Shown here: one piece after another, positions 9,727-18,818 of the stretch
How the letters are laid out: every line of letters begins with the position of its first letter
How positions within the stretch are numbered: position 1 is the first letter of the stretch
From: a bacterium
Lineage (GTDB): Bacteria > T1Sed10-126
Length of the DNA stretch: 36,291 nt
Reading direction: 5' to 3'
Assembly: GCA_003557545.1 (NCBI GenBank)
Contig: PWOD01000238.1
Location: 1 to 36,291, forward strand
The notes under the pieces: model-generated
What the model was told of the DNA's origin: nothing
Databases searched by the model: none
The model's input: only the letters and a program-made list of their open reading frames with translations
Translations under genes and position numbers: made by a program

Positions 9727-10713
9727 TTATCTCTCTACGATCTCAACCCGCCTGTTTCTCGAACGACCTGTTTTTGTGCTATTGCTGGCAACAGGAGCGA
9801 GGGATGAAACACCGTATGCTTCGAGCTGAGCTCGATCAACACCATAATTATCCACCAGTTCATCCAACACCGCAGATGCACGATTTTCTGATAGATTCAT
9901 ATTAAACTCGAACTCCCCCCGGCTATCCGTATGCCCAACTATAAAATATTGTTTGCCGGGGTTAGCATTTATATAGTCAGCAATTGTCTGTAAAATCTGG
10001 TCTGAACCACTCTGTATTTCTGCTTCTGCAGTAGCAAAATTTATGTCATATAACGCAATACTTCCCAATCTTTCGATGTCCTCAGAAATGGTCTCAACTG
10101 AAACCATCCCTGTTCCAATCCGATCCACCTCAATTACATCCTGGGTTATCAAGGTAAAATCTCTACCGACGATCGAATAAACTGCCACGTAGATATCCTG
10201 TCCGGCATCGCGGCCACGAGCCGCAATATAACTGTGATTATCATTACGAATCGGAAAACGAAGTCCTCGACCAAAACGGATATTATTCAATCCATCACCG
10301 CGACCGTCAAGTCCACTGAAATAATAGTTATCATGCCAGGTATGCGGGCGATGCGAAAAACCCAACTCCCCGTGAGCAATCGCAATCAAAATCTCATACC
10401 CGGCATCTTCAAAGGCAGTTTTATAATTATGCAGGAAAAAATCAGCATTATAGTCATTTGTAGCACTGTATTGAATCCGGGTCACTTTACCACCAACTGA
10501 TTTTGGTGCCTGCCAATCAAGATTACCCTCATCATCAATTGGCAGTCTATATTCTCCCCAATCAGTTTCCTCATAAAATTCAATCACCGCTCCTTCAAAC
10601 CTGGAAATGACCGGGTGATCTTCAGACCCTTCAATATCGGTGGTTCTTTGGGCAACAACATCTACCGGAAACAAAAACAAACAGACGATGACGAAAAAAA
10701 TAATTTTTTTCAT
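9727..10713 (-). CDS. OmpA-family peptidoglycan-binding protein (signal peptide, DUF4892-like N-domain)
   Basis: ATG at 10713 behind a GGGGAGGT RBS; DHPVISRFEG; C-terminal INFAT..VGHTDSRG..LSENRA..GRSRNRRVEIV. Confidence 0.88.
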   Translation of the reverse strand: MKKIIFFVIVCLFLFPVDVVAQRTTDIEGSEDHPVISRFEGAVIEFYEETDWGEYRLPIDDEGNLDWQAPKSVGGKVTRIQYSATNDYNADFFLHNYKTAFEDAGYEILIAIAHGELGFSHRPHTWHDNYYFSGLDGRGDGLNNIRFGRGLRFPIRNDNHSYIAARGRDAGQDIYVAVYSIVGRDFTLITQDVIEVDRIGTGMVSVETISEDIERLGSIALYDINFATAEAEIQSGSDQILQTIADYINANPGKQYFIVGHTDSRGEFEFNMNLSENRASAVLDELVDNYGVDRAQLEAYGVSSLAPVASNSTKTGRSRNRRVEIVER

Positions 10714-11370
10714 CTTTACCTCCCCTTTATATTTTTTCCTTCTGTGGTTCATTTTCGATTATAAGCAATCTCAAAAAATATACAACAATACTTCCAAAAA
10801 TATTGTTCTAAAATAGCTATTTATTGGACTAATTCGGAGTAAAAACTGTCAAAATTTTTGATATGACAAACAGCTCCAAGTAGTTTCCACCTTTCCTATT
10901 TCTTATTACCCACCTTGCTGCCCGATCCACAGCAACAACGACCTGTTCGACAGATCCTCGGCGGCGCGCACCGAGCAAGCCCTGCAAGGAACCAGTTAAC
11001 TGCTTCTTTATAGATAAACCGCGCGCTTACCGAAATATTTTTCTGCAATCCGCGTCCCCCTGGCATCAACGATGTTAAGCGTCATCCCTTTAAAAAATAT
11101 ACAAGGAATTATTCGAACTTAATTTCTACCAGAACAACAACTTTTGTCAGCCAATCCAACTACTAATGTTGTGTGAATTCCGCCTTTCTTTAATAAGGGA
11201 TTATTGAACCACACCCAGATCGATAACCTTTTGACAAATATTCAAACAGAATAATTCCCTATCGAACTTTTTTATGCAATTTTTATCAGCTGATAAATTT
11301 GTGACAGTTGGATAGGGTCGTGCTTTAATATTATGAGAATAGGGATAATAAAATCAAAGTTCGAGGATTA

Positions 11371-11985
11371 TTAATAATTGAGTAGGGCCCGGTAGATTCG
11401 AACGTTTTTTCGGGCTCCTGTTAAACCGGTATGTTCCCAGGGATCAGCACCGTTAGAAGCCATCGGTTCCTCTTTTACACCAAGCAGGTTAACAAGTTTT
11501 TTGCAATGCAGGAGATGGATACCACACCCCCAGGCGATAGACGGCAGATCGAGAGTATAGTGGTGAAGCCGGCGGAGAGACTGGCCGGACGAACGAAACA
11601 GTTGATCAACAAAAGGATAATCAAAGGACTCGTTATAAGCACAAAAAATGACTTTTTTATCTATCTTCTGGCCGTTACCGGCAGCCTTCCGGTAAAACTG
11701 GATAATATCAGCAACCGCCTGGTTCGGAGAAACGGCACCGGCGTCCAGCCAGCGTTCTACGGAAAAGCCATTACAGTCCAGAGCGCCCTGCTCTGCCCGC
11801 TCAGGATAGACCGGCATGATACGCCGAAAAAAAGAACTTAGCTCCTGTCCATCCAGATCGGTCATGACTATCCCAATATCAACCATCTCATGATAGCCCG
11901 GCTGCAAACCCGTAGTTTCAACATCGATAAAAGCTATCAGCCAGTCGGTTTCCAGCCCATAAGGTAGTACCCGTTGATTTGCCAT
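11371..11985 (-). CDS. DEDDh-like 3'-5' exonuclease (DnaQ/oligoribonuclease fold)
   Basis: IDVETTG (ExoI), AYNESFD (ExoII), EHTGLTGA (atypical ExoIII). Confidence 0.8.
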   Translation of the reverse strand: MANQRVLPYGLETDWLIAFIDVETTGLQPGYHEMVDIGIVMTDLDGQELSSFFRRIMPVYPERAEQGALDCNGFSVERWLDAGAVSPNQAVADIIQFYRKAAGNGQKIDKKVIFCAYNESFDYPFVDQLFRSSGQSLRRLHHYTLDLPSIAWGCGIHLLHCKKLVNLLGVKEEPMASNGADPWEHTGLTGARKNVRIYRALLNY

Positions 11986-12112
11986 TGTTTGATCGACTCA
12001 GCTTTCGCCTGTTTAATTTATATCATTACCTGAGATTATTACATATCCTGAATGGTTCAAGCAAACTGTCTGTTAAAAGTACATATAGTTAATGAATAGA
12101 TTACACTACCGA

Positions 12113-12271
12113 CCTAAAACCGACTGAAACAAAGAAAAATACCAACAGCTCACAACCTGGAAACCATTCATCCAGTTATTCACAATTGTGAATGTTTGGA
12201 TGGGTTTTTGGGACCGAGGTGGTCTGTGGAGCTGATTGGCTGGAGGTTATTTTCGGAAAGGATTTTTTAGG
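12113..12271. repeat. Long imperfect inverted repeat with a perfect 16-bp core, ATTCACAATTGTGAAT (12178-12193)
   Basis: Nested arms CATCCA/TGGATG, AAACC/GGTTT, CAGCT/AGCTG, CCAA/TTGG, CCGA/TCGG and CCTAAAA/TTTTAGG. Confidence 0.7.
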
Positions 12272-12310
12272 AAGATTATTAAGCAAGATTATTAGAAATT
12301 TCTGCTCTTG

Positions 12311-12339
12311 TTGTTATTTGCCGGTCAAAGAGATATAAT
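12311..12339 (+). promoter_or_regulatory. Sigma70-type promoter upstream of the ATP-cone kinase gene
   Basis: TTGTTA-N17-TATAAT. Confidence 0.55.
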
Positions 12340-12474
12340 ATTCAATTAAATTTAGCCGATTAAAGTTGAGATGGAGAATTAGCAAATCAACTAACGCAGA
12401 CAGATGGCGACCTTGAAATCTTTTGTCCGGGTCGAACAATCTATCTTATAACCCCAAAAAGGATGGGATTCAAA

Positions 12475-14184
12475 ATGAGCATACCAAACAGTGTGGTCAA
12501 GTATGTCAATCGAGACGGTATAATCGAAGATTTTCAAGTTGAAAGAATTGCCGATTCTATCAGCAAAGCAATAATTGACGTTGAAGGCGACCGGCTGACT
12601 CTGCCGGATAGACGAGCCCAGCTTTATGCTGAAAGAGTTACCAATCGTGTCTATAGAGAATACTACGATTTGGACTACCTGATTGAAGAATTTATTACAC
12701 AATATGTAAGTTATGAAGAGAACGAAAGACATCACCGTATGAGTGCTGCGTTTGTCACCGAACGGGTTTCTTTCGTCCTGATGGAGACCTTCAAAGATCA
12801 ATTGAGCAGTCGCAATCCAGCGGAAGATCCCGAACATTTAAAAAGCTATATTGTTGAACAGATTAATTCAGCTGAGGTTGACGATAAATATACTCACAGC
12901 CTGTTTCCCGACCTGGATGAAAATGAAATCAGCCGGATGACTGAATTTCTCAAACAGCAGATCCTCGAGATGAGCAGCAAAGAGCTGGCTCCGGAAGTAC
13001 TTTGTCCACCGCGAGAATATATTCAGGACACCGTGGAAAAGGAACTAAAAAGAATCGGTGAGATACAGCTGGCTGAAGGTTATATGATATACCGGGAAGG
13101 ACGGAAAAAGGTTAACCAGGGAGATATTTCAGAATTACAGTTTACCAACAACGGAATTCACAAGGCAACCGTACGGCGCACAATGGAATGGAATGTTGAC
13201 CATCAGGTGGACAGCGTGTTTGAGCTGAATCGCTGGATAACTGGAAGTCAGGGGCGAAATTTAGAGGAGTTGATCGAACTTTCAGAAGCGCGCTTTTATC
13301 GTGACATTAAAACAACCGCTGACAAAATTTTGGCTCGCAAGGATGAGATAGATGTGGTTATCATCGCCGGTCCGTCCTGCTCTAACAAAACCACTACCAC
13401 TGTGATTATCGGCGACCAGTTAGAAAAAGAAGGATTAAAATTTAAACAGTTAAATGTTGATGATTATTTTTATGATTTAAAAGATCAGCCCAAGGATCGC
13501 TTTGGCGACTATGATTTTGAAATGCCGGCAGCCATCGACATGCCGCTGCTAAACAAACATTTGGAGAAGCTTGTAAACGGCGCGACAATCGATAAACCGA
13601 TCTATGACTTTGGTGCCGGACGCCGAGCGGGGACAGAACCGTTCACCCGGAAAACCAGCGAGATTATTTTAATCGACTGTCTGCACGGTCTTTACCGAGA
13701 TTTAACCAGTTCAGTACCCCAAAACTGTAAATTTAAAATCTATATCGAATCGATGAATGTCCTCCGGGGAATTCAAAGCAACTACACCCGCTGGGCTGAC
13801 GTTCGGATGTTAAAACGGATGATTCGTGATTCACAACACAGGGGTTACAGCATGGAAAATACTCTTTCACACTGGCCGTACGTGCGGAAAGGTGAGTTAA
13901 AACATATCATTCCTTATATTTTTTCAACCGATGTAGTATTGAACTCTGGATTACCCTATGAACTCCCGGTGTTAAAAAAGGTTATCGGTAATAACTACCC
14001 GGCTGACAGCGCTATCAATCAGCTACAAACAGAAGGTAGGCTGGCGGCATATGTCCGAGGCAAACGAACAGCCGGACTGCTTGATTCAATCGAACCGTTT
14101 CCTGATCTGGAGCTGATCCCCGGAAGCTCACCAATCCGTGAGTTTATTGGCGGGTCAGACTACATAATTCCCCATAACGATTAA
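12475..14184 (+). CDS. ATP-cone domain fused to a uridine kinase/phosphoribulokinase-like P-loop domain
   Basis: VNRDG..FQVERIADSISKA and EYIQDTVEKEL..AEGYMIYR cone halves; GPSCSNKTT, DDYF, PIYDF, RMIRD..RG and SPIREFIGGS; alternative start at 12463. Confidence 0.82.
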   Translation: MSIPNSVVKYVNRDGIIEDFQVERIADSISKAIIDVEGDRLTLPDRRAQLYAERVTNRVYREYYDLDYLIEEFITQYVSYEENERHHRMSAAFVTERVSFVLMETFKDQLSSRNPAEDPEHLKSYIVEQINSAEVDDKYTHSLFPDLDENEISRMTEFLKQQILEMSSKELAPEVLCPPREYIQDTVEKELKRIGEIQLAEGYMIYREGRKKVNQGDISELQFTNNGIHKATVRRTMEWNVDHQVDSVFELNRWITGSQGRNLEELIELSEARFYRDIKTTADKILARKDEIDVVIIAGPSCSNKTTTTVIIGDQLEKEGLKFKQLNVDDYFYDLKDQPKDRFGDYDFEMPAAIDMPLLNKHLEKLVNGATIDKPIYDFGAGRRAGTEPFTRKTSEIILIDCLHGLYRDLTSSVPQNCKFKIYIESMNVLRGIQSNYTRWADVRMLKRMIRDSQHRGYSMENTLSHWPYVRKGELKHIIPYIFSTDVVLNSGLPYELPVLKKVIGNNYPADSAINQLQTEGRLAAYVRGKRTAGLLDSIEPFPDLELIPGSSPIREFIGGSDYIIPHND

Positions 14185-14287
14185 TCAGATCCAATATTCC
14201 GTGAAAATCTTTCTATCAATTAATTAAATTCGCTGCTCGAATTACTATTATGCAACTATAATAAGCCAAAGCAGCGGGGAGACACAG

Positions 14288-16192
14288 ATGAATATAGCCG
14301 ATATTACAAAAATTTATAAAACAACAAATTTACCGGTAAAGGGCGGGATAATTCTGCTGCTGGGGCTGATGGTTTCAGGCCCCGCTCTAATGATTTTTTT
14401 GGGGGGTGAATCACCCGCCGAAACAACCAATTACAGTGATTTCCTGGCCTATGGAGTACCCGTGCTGTTACTGGGTATTGTATTCATGACAAATATACCT
14501 CAAAAAATCTGGGAGCAGCTACAGCAACTACAAAATAAACCCTCCACTGAAACCGAAAAAACTATGGCTCAATGTTATAGCTACACAGTTGGAAAAAACT
14601 CAAACCATTGGGAACTGAGCTATTTCGGACCGGGCGATTCACCAATTAAACAGCTGATTGAGAAGAAACAAAAAAAACTTGTATTCTCCCGCCATTTTCA
14701 ACTGGCAGTTGACGATGACCGAGAGCAAATCATCAAAAAAATCAATGATCAACTTGAAAAGAACGGGCAATATGAGGTCGAATACCAGCTAAAGCTAGAT
14801 GACGATGAGCGACTAAGGGTACTGGACCGCGGCGAAGGAGAGTTTAAAAATGATAAATTAGTGATGGTGAGAGGTGTCCTGGTGGAGCTCAAGGAAGGAC
14901 CACACGGCCAGCAGAACCAGCTGGAATTTCCAGAAAAAGACTGTCTAACCGGGTTGATGAACCGCAGCAGCTTTATTGAAAAATCAGAGGAACTACTGGA
15001 ACAAACCTCTCAACAACAGCTGTTCTGTATAGTCGATATAATAAATTTCCAGGCGTTTAACAATTTTTATGGTTACTCCCTGGGCAATCTAATTCTGGCT
15101 CAGACAGGGACGTTGCTTGAAGCACAGGTGGGTGAGGCAGGACAGATTGGCCGATTGGGAAACGACCGGTTCGGGCTATTAATCGAACTAAATCCAGACG
15201 AAGATGCCTCCAAAAAAATTAGTTCTATACTATCCCCACTGCAGAGCAGAGTAAGTTTTAAAAAGGAACAGGTGGATTATCATATGCGAGCCGGCGTGGC
15301 GGTTTATCCAGAAGACGGGGAGACTCTGGAAATAGTTTTTTCGGCGGCTAACCAGGCGCTGATGCGAGCTAAAAACCAGGCAAATATTGAAAAAGATAAG
15401 ATTCTGTTTTCACAACCAATCGATTTCAAACATTTAGAAACTACCCTGCGAGCCACAGAAAAATTAACCTGTGCAGTTAAAGAGAACCGGCTGGAACTAT
15501 TTTTTCAACCGGTGCATGACAAACGTGACAGCTCACTGCTGATGCTGGAAACCCTGCTCAGAATCAGAACCCCGGAGGGACAGCTTAAAACCCTCAAAAA
15601 CTATCCTGGAATCATTCAAGACCCCCATCTGTGTGCCAGTTTAGATAACTGGGTGATCAATCAGACAATAAAACAGACAGCGAACTTACCCCAAAAATAC
15701 AGTGACCTGTATATCTCAATCAACCTGTTTCCCGTCTCAATTTTAAAAAATACAATTTTCCAGGAGATTGACAAATTAATCGACAAATACGGTCATCGGC
15801 GAGATCGAATCGTTATTGAAGTACCCGAAAAACTCCTGGGAACTTATAGCTACAAAGCCTTTCAAAACCTCGTTGAAATGGCCGAAGCCCATGGTTTCAA
15901 AATAGCATTGGATGATTTTGGAGTTGGGCATGGGTCATTCAAAACACTTCAGGAGATACCAATTGATTTTTTGAAGATCGACGGTAGTTTTATACTCAAC
16001 CTGGCCGAAAACGAATTGAATCAAACATTTGTCACAACCCTGGCCAGCCTGGGAGACCAGATAGGGGTTCCAGTTATTGCGGAATGGATTGAGACAGAAG
16101 CAACAGCCGACAAATTGATGGAATTGGGAATTCACTACCATCAAGGATATTATTACAAGAAACCGAACAAACTAGATAAACTATTTGACTGA
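14288..16192 (+). CDS. Membrane-anchored GGDEF(degenerate)-EAL protein, probable c-di-GMP phosphodiesterase
   Basis: Two N-terminal TM segments; DCLTGLMNR; RLGNDRF in place of GGDEF; EAL motifs FQP, ETLLR, SINL, DDFGVG, KIDGSF, AEWIET and QGYY. Confidence 0.9.
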   Translation: MNIADITKIYKTTNLPVKGGIILLLGLMVSGPALMIFLGGESPAETTNYSDFLAYGVPVLLLGIVFMTNIPQKIWEQLQQLQNKPSTETEKTMAQCYSYTVGKNSNHWELSYFGPGDSPIKQLIEKKQKKLVFSRHFQLAVDDDREQIIKKINDQLEKNGQYEVEYQLKLDDDERLRVLDRGEGEFKNDKLVMVRGVLVELKEGPHGQQNQLEFPEKDCLTGLMNRSSFIEKSEELLEQTSQQQLFCIVDIINFQAFNNFYGYSLGNLILAQTGTLLEAQVGEAGQIGRLGNDRFGLLIELNPDEDASKKISSILSPLQSRVSFKKEQVDYHMRAGVAVYPEDGETLEIVFSAANQALMRAKNQANIEKDKILFSQPIDFKHLETTLRATEKLTCAVKENRLELFFQPVHDKRDSSLLMLETLLRIRTPEGQLKTLKNYPGIIQDPHLCASLDNWVINQTIKQTANLPQKYSDLYISINLFPVSILKNTIFQEIDKLIDKYGHRRDRIVIEVPEKLLGTYSYKAFQNLVEMAEAHGFKIALDDFGVGHGSFKTLQEIPIDFLKIDGSFILNLAENELNQTFVTTLASLGDQIGVPVIAEWIETEATADKLMELGIHYHQGYYYKKPNKLDKLFD

Positions 16193-16335
16193 ACCAGCTT
16201 CTGAAACAATGCTGTTTAATAAAAAATATGGTGAAAAAGCTCTTTGTCAGAGCCAAAAACAGTTTGGAACTTTTAAGAAGATGCGATATGATTTTATAAT
16301 TCCCAAACCAAACCGGAGAAACCGGAGGAACAGCA

Positions 16336-17313
16336 ATGGATAAGACAGCTTTTTTAGAACAATCAGATGCTCCCCGTACAGTAGCAAGGGCCGCCTGGAA
16401 AGCAGCCGTGGGAAATCCTGAGCTGGCCTCTTCCCTGCTGGAACCGGCTAAATTAAAAATTCAGGGGAAATTCAACCTGGTCGATCAGCCATTTGGTGGA
16501 CTTGTCTATATTACCTGGAATTTTCTTTCTAACTCATTTGGGGTGGCTGAAACAATTGTCAGCGGCAGTCGGAAAATTCTTGATGTTCCGGTAGAATTAC
16601 CAGCAAGAAATTTCATTGATAGAATACGCTGGGGCAACCAGTCTGGACTGCAGATGAGCGGTAACACACGGGTCTTACAGGCCGAACTCACAGCAGCTTT
16701 AGAAGACGGTCAATCAGAACTATTTAAAGTCATCTCCAGTGGTGATGTGGAAAAATTCAAAGCTGTATTTAGCAATATTCTGAAAACTTACCTGGACACC
16801 AGCAAGGTCGAACTTTCACTACAAACAGAGCTTATCCGAAAACTTGATATAGAATCAGAACAAGAAAAAATGGCCAAACAGGGACACACTCTTCCGGCGG
16901 AGATCAAGATCCATCCACTCAAAGGTGTTCCAATAAGCAAAATTCCAATTGGCGAATTAATCTATGTGAAACTCGGTGATTATCCGAAAGAGCTGGAAAA
17001 GATCGCTGAGCTGCTGAAGAACCGACGGGATCAAAGTGGCTTGATACCGGCCCAGCTGATCTCCCGGCAGATTACTGAGGCAGGAACATTGAGTCTAATG
17101 GTCAGGTTTGCCAGCAACGCCTATGGAAAGATCCGCTGTGGTAAAGATGTCAATATTCTTGTTCCAGAATCAACCGCTGCCGGCAAGCCCCGGGGAATGA
17201 ATTCTGGAAAATATTCATTCACCCGACTAATAACCGAAAATTGGCCCATAACCTTAACGATTATTGCCGTTCTGATGATAATTATAATTTTTATACTGAT
17301 AGCAGGTGTTTAA
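16336..17313 (+). CDS. Hypothetical protein with a C-terminal transmembrane anchor
   Basis: 325-aa ORF, GGAGG RBS, hydrophobic tail ITLTIIAVLMIIIIFILIAGV. Confidence 0.8.
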   Translation: MDKTAFLEQSDAPRTVARAAWKAAVGNPELASSLLEPAKLKIQGKFNLVDQPFGGLVYITWNFLSNSFGVAETIVSGSRKILDVPVELPARNFIDRIRWGNQSGLQMSGNTRVLQAELTAALEDGQSELFKVISSGDVEKFKAVFSNILKTYLDTSKVELSLQTELIRKLDIESEQEKMAKQGHTLPAEIKIHPLKGVPISKIPIGELIYVKLGDYPKELEKIAELLKNRRDQSGLIPAQLISRQITEAGTLSLMVRFASNAYGKIRCGKDVNILVPESTAAGKPRGMNSGKYSFTRLITENWPITLTIIAVLMIIIIFILIAGV

Positions 17314-17315
17314 CA

Positions 17316-18713
17316 ATGAATGATAAGAAAAACCAAAAAACAGATGAAAAAAAAGGGGCGGAGAAGAAAACCCCACAGCTGGAAAATCGCAGTCCCCGCG
17401 AGGTGCTGGCCGCAATCAGAAAACAGCTTGATAAAGCTCCCGCCGGAAGCAGTCACGGAGGGCTGGATAGCGCAGCACAGCAGCTTGAACATTTGTTAGA
17501 CAGCGGGTCATTTCTGGAGTTTGAACCACTTGTAGATCAAAAGGAACCCAATAACGAAGAACAGCTGCCGGAACGACTATTAACCGGGACTGGGACAATT
17601 AACGGACGGCAGGTAACTGTGGCCGGGCTACCAGATTTTGACCGACGACAACTCAGCCACAGCACTGCGGAAAAACTTACCCGATTGTTTGAAAGAGCCA
17701 GAGAATTTGAGACACCGATAATATTGATGTTAAACTCAGCCAGTATAGGTGAAAAACATGATATTTCAGATCTATCAGCCTGGGCCAGGAGTTTTAAAAC
17801 AATTGTTAAAAACAGTCCCCAAATACCGATCATTTCATTGTTTTTCAAACCGATCTCACAGTTTACCAGCCTATTTTCTCCCCTGAGTGATTTTGTTATC
17901 GGTCTGGAGAAAAATTTCACCGAAAAAACAGCACGGCCGGAGCTGGATCTGCTGTTAGACTCGCCGGGGCAGATAATTGAAACAGCAATAAAAATACTCA
18001 ACTATCTCCCCGACACAAGTAGTTCGCTGCCTTTTGTTCTAAAAGGAAAAGCACCAGGTCTTTCCAGCGATCCCGGGGAGTTGGTGCCGCTCAACAAAAG
18101 CCAACCGTATGATGTGCTAAAACTGATTGAAACAGTTGTTGATGAGGATAGTTTTTTAGAACTCCAACCTCGCTTCGCCCGCAACCTATGCACAGGGCTG
18201 GCCCGGATCGATGGGCGAGCCCTGGGAATCCTGGCCAACCAGCCGAAAAAACTGGCAGGTGGATTAAATCCAGCCGGAGCAGAAAAAGCTCTACGATTTA
18301 TCGAACTATGTGAAAAGTTCAATCTTCCACTGTTAAGACTGGTGGATCAGCCGGGTCTGCTGGACGAAACCTCAGAACCAGAGGTTGTCCCCTACTACCG
18401 GATGGGAAAGCTGTTCAAAGCTCTTTCCCAGTTTTCAGGTTCGATCACTACAGTAATCACGAGGAAAGCCTATAATCTATCCTTCCTACTGTTTGGCAAC
18501 CGGTTTCATAGATCGGATTTCACCCTGGCATGGCCAGAAGCAGAGATCGGACCGGCCAACCTGGAAAAAGCCCCTAACGATGAGAGCGACTACTATCAGT
18601 ATGCCGATCCCTGGGAAGCAGCTCGTCAGGGTCTGATCGATGATATAATTGAACCTCAGGAAACCCGTGATAAAATCGCAACTTTCCTGAAACTCAATCC
18701 CCATTCCCGATAA
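17316..18713 (+). CDS. Acyl-CoA carboxylase beta/carboxyltransferase-like protein with degenerate active-site motifs
   Basis: LLDSGSF, TGTGTINGR, PYDV, TGLARIDGR..GILANQP, RFIELCEKFNLP, RKAY, AWPEAEI and GLIDDIIEPQETR; ATG 2 nt after the upstream stop. Confidence 0.85.
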   Translation: MNDKKNQKTDEKKGAEKKTPQLENRSPREVLAAIRKQLDKAPAGSSHGGLDSAAQQLEHLLDSGSFLEFEPLVDQKEPNNEEQLPERLLTGTGTINGRQVTVAGLPDFDRRQLSHSTAEKLTRLFERAREFETPIILMLNSASIGEKHDISDLSAWARSFKTIVKNSPQIPIISLFFKPISQFTSLFSPLSDFVIGLEKNFTEKTARPELDLLLDSPGQIIETAIKILNYLPDTSSSLPFVLKGKAPGLSSDPGELVPLNKSQPYDVLKLIETVVDEDSFLELQPRFARNLCTGLARIDGRALGILANQPKKLAGGLNPAGAEKALRFIELCEKFNLPLLRLVDQPGLLDETSEPEVVPYYRMGKLFKALSQFSGSITTVITRKAYNLSFLLFGNRFHRSDFTLAWPEAEIGPANLEKAPNDESDYYQYADPWEAARQGLIDDIIEPQETRDKIATFLKLNPHSR

Positions 18714-18818
18714 TATTTGAAAGTTTAATGGAGCCAGCAGTCAAACCATTTTAAGCCCGATTATTAAAAGTTTTTCTATCGAGAAAGCTGAATCATACTG
18801 GAGGGTGGAGGCAATTTA

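Noticed and set aside
10714-10752. Longer ORF-track starts (OmpA 10752; also 17241, 21274, 25749, 26671)
   Set aside because: Downstream ATGs fit RBS position, domain boundaries or gene overlaps better.
4553-12100. Genomic island integrated at tRNA-Leu
   Set aside because: The genes look accessory, but I found no integrase or transposase and no repeat of the tRNA 3' end.
16307-16328. AAACCGGAG direct repeat before the hypothetical gene
   Set aside because: Two short copies overlapping the RBS; could be chance.
17310-18704. Several antisense or alternate-frame ORFs of 60-154 aa here and across the window
   Set aside because: They are shadows of well-supported genes and show no motifs.
18740-18800. 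Possible sigma28 promoter before the small protein gene
   Set aside because: Spacing and -10 match to TAAA-N15-GCCGATAA are poor.
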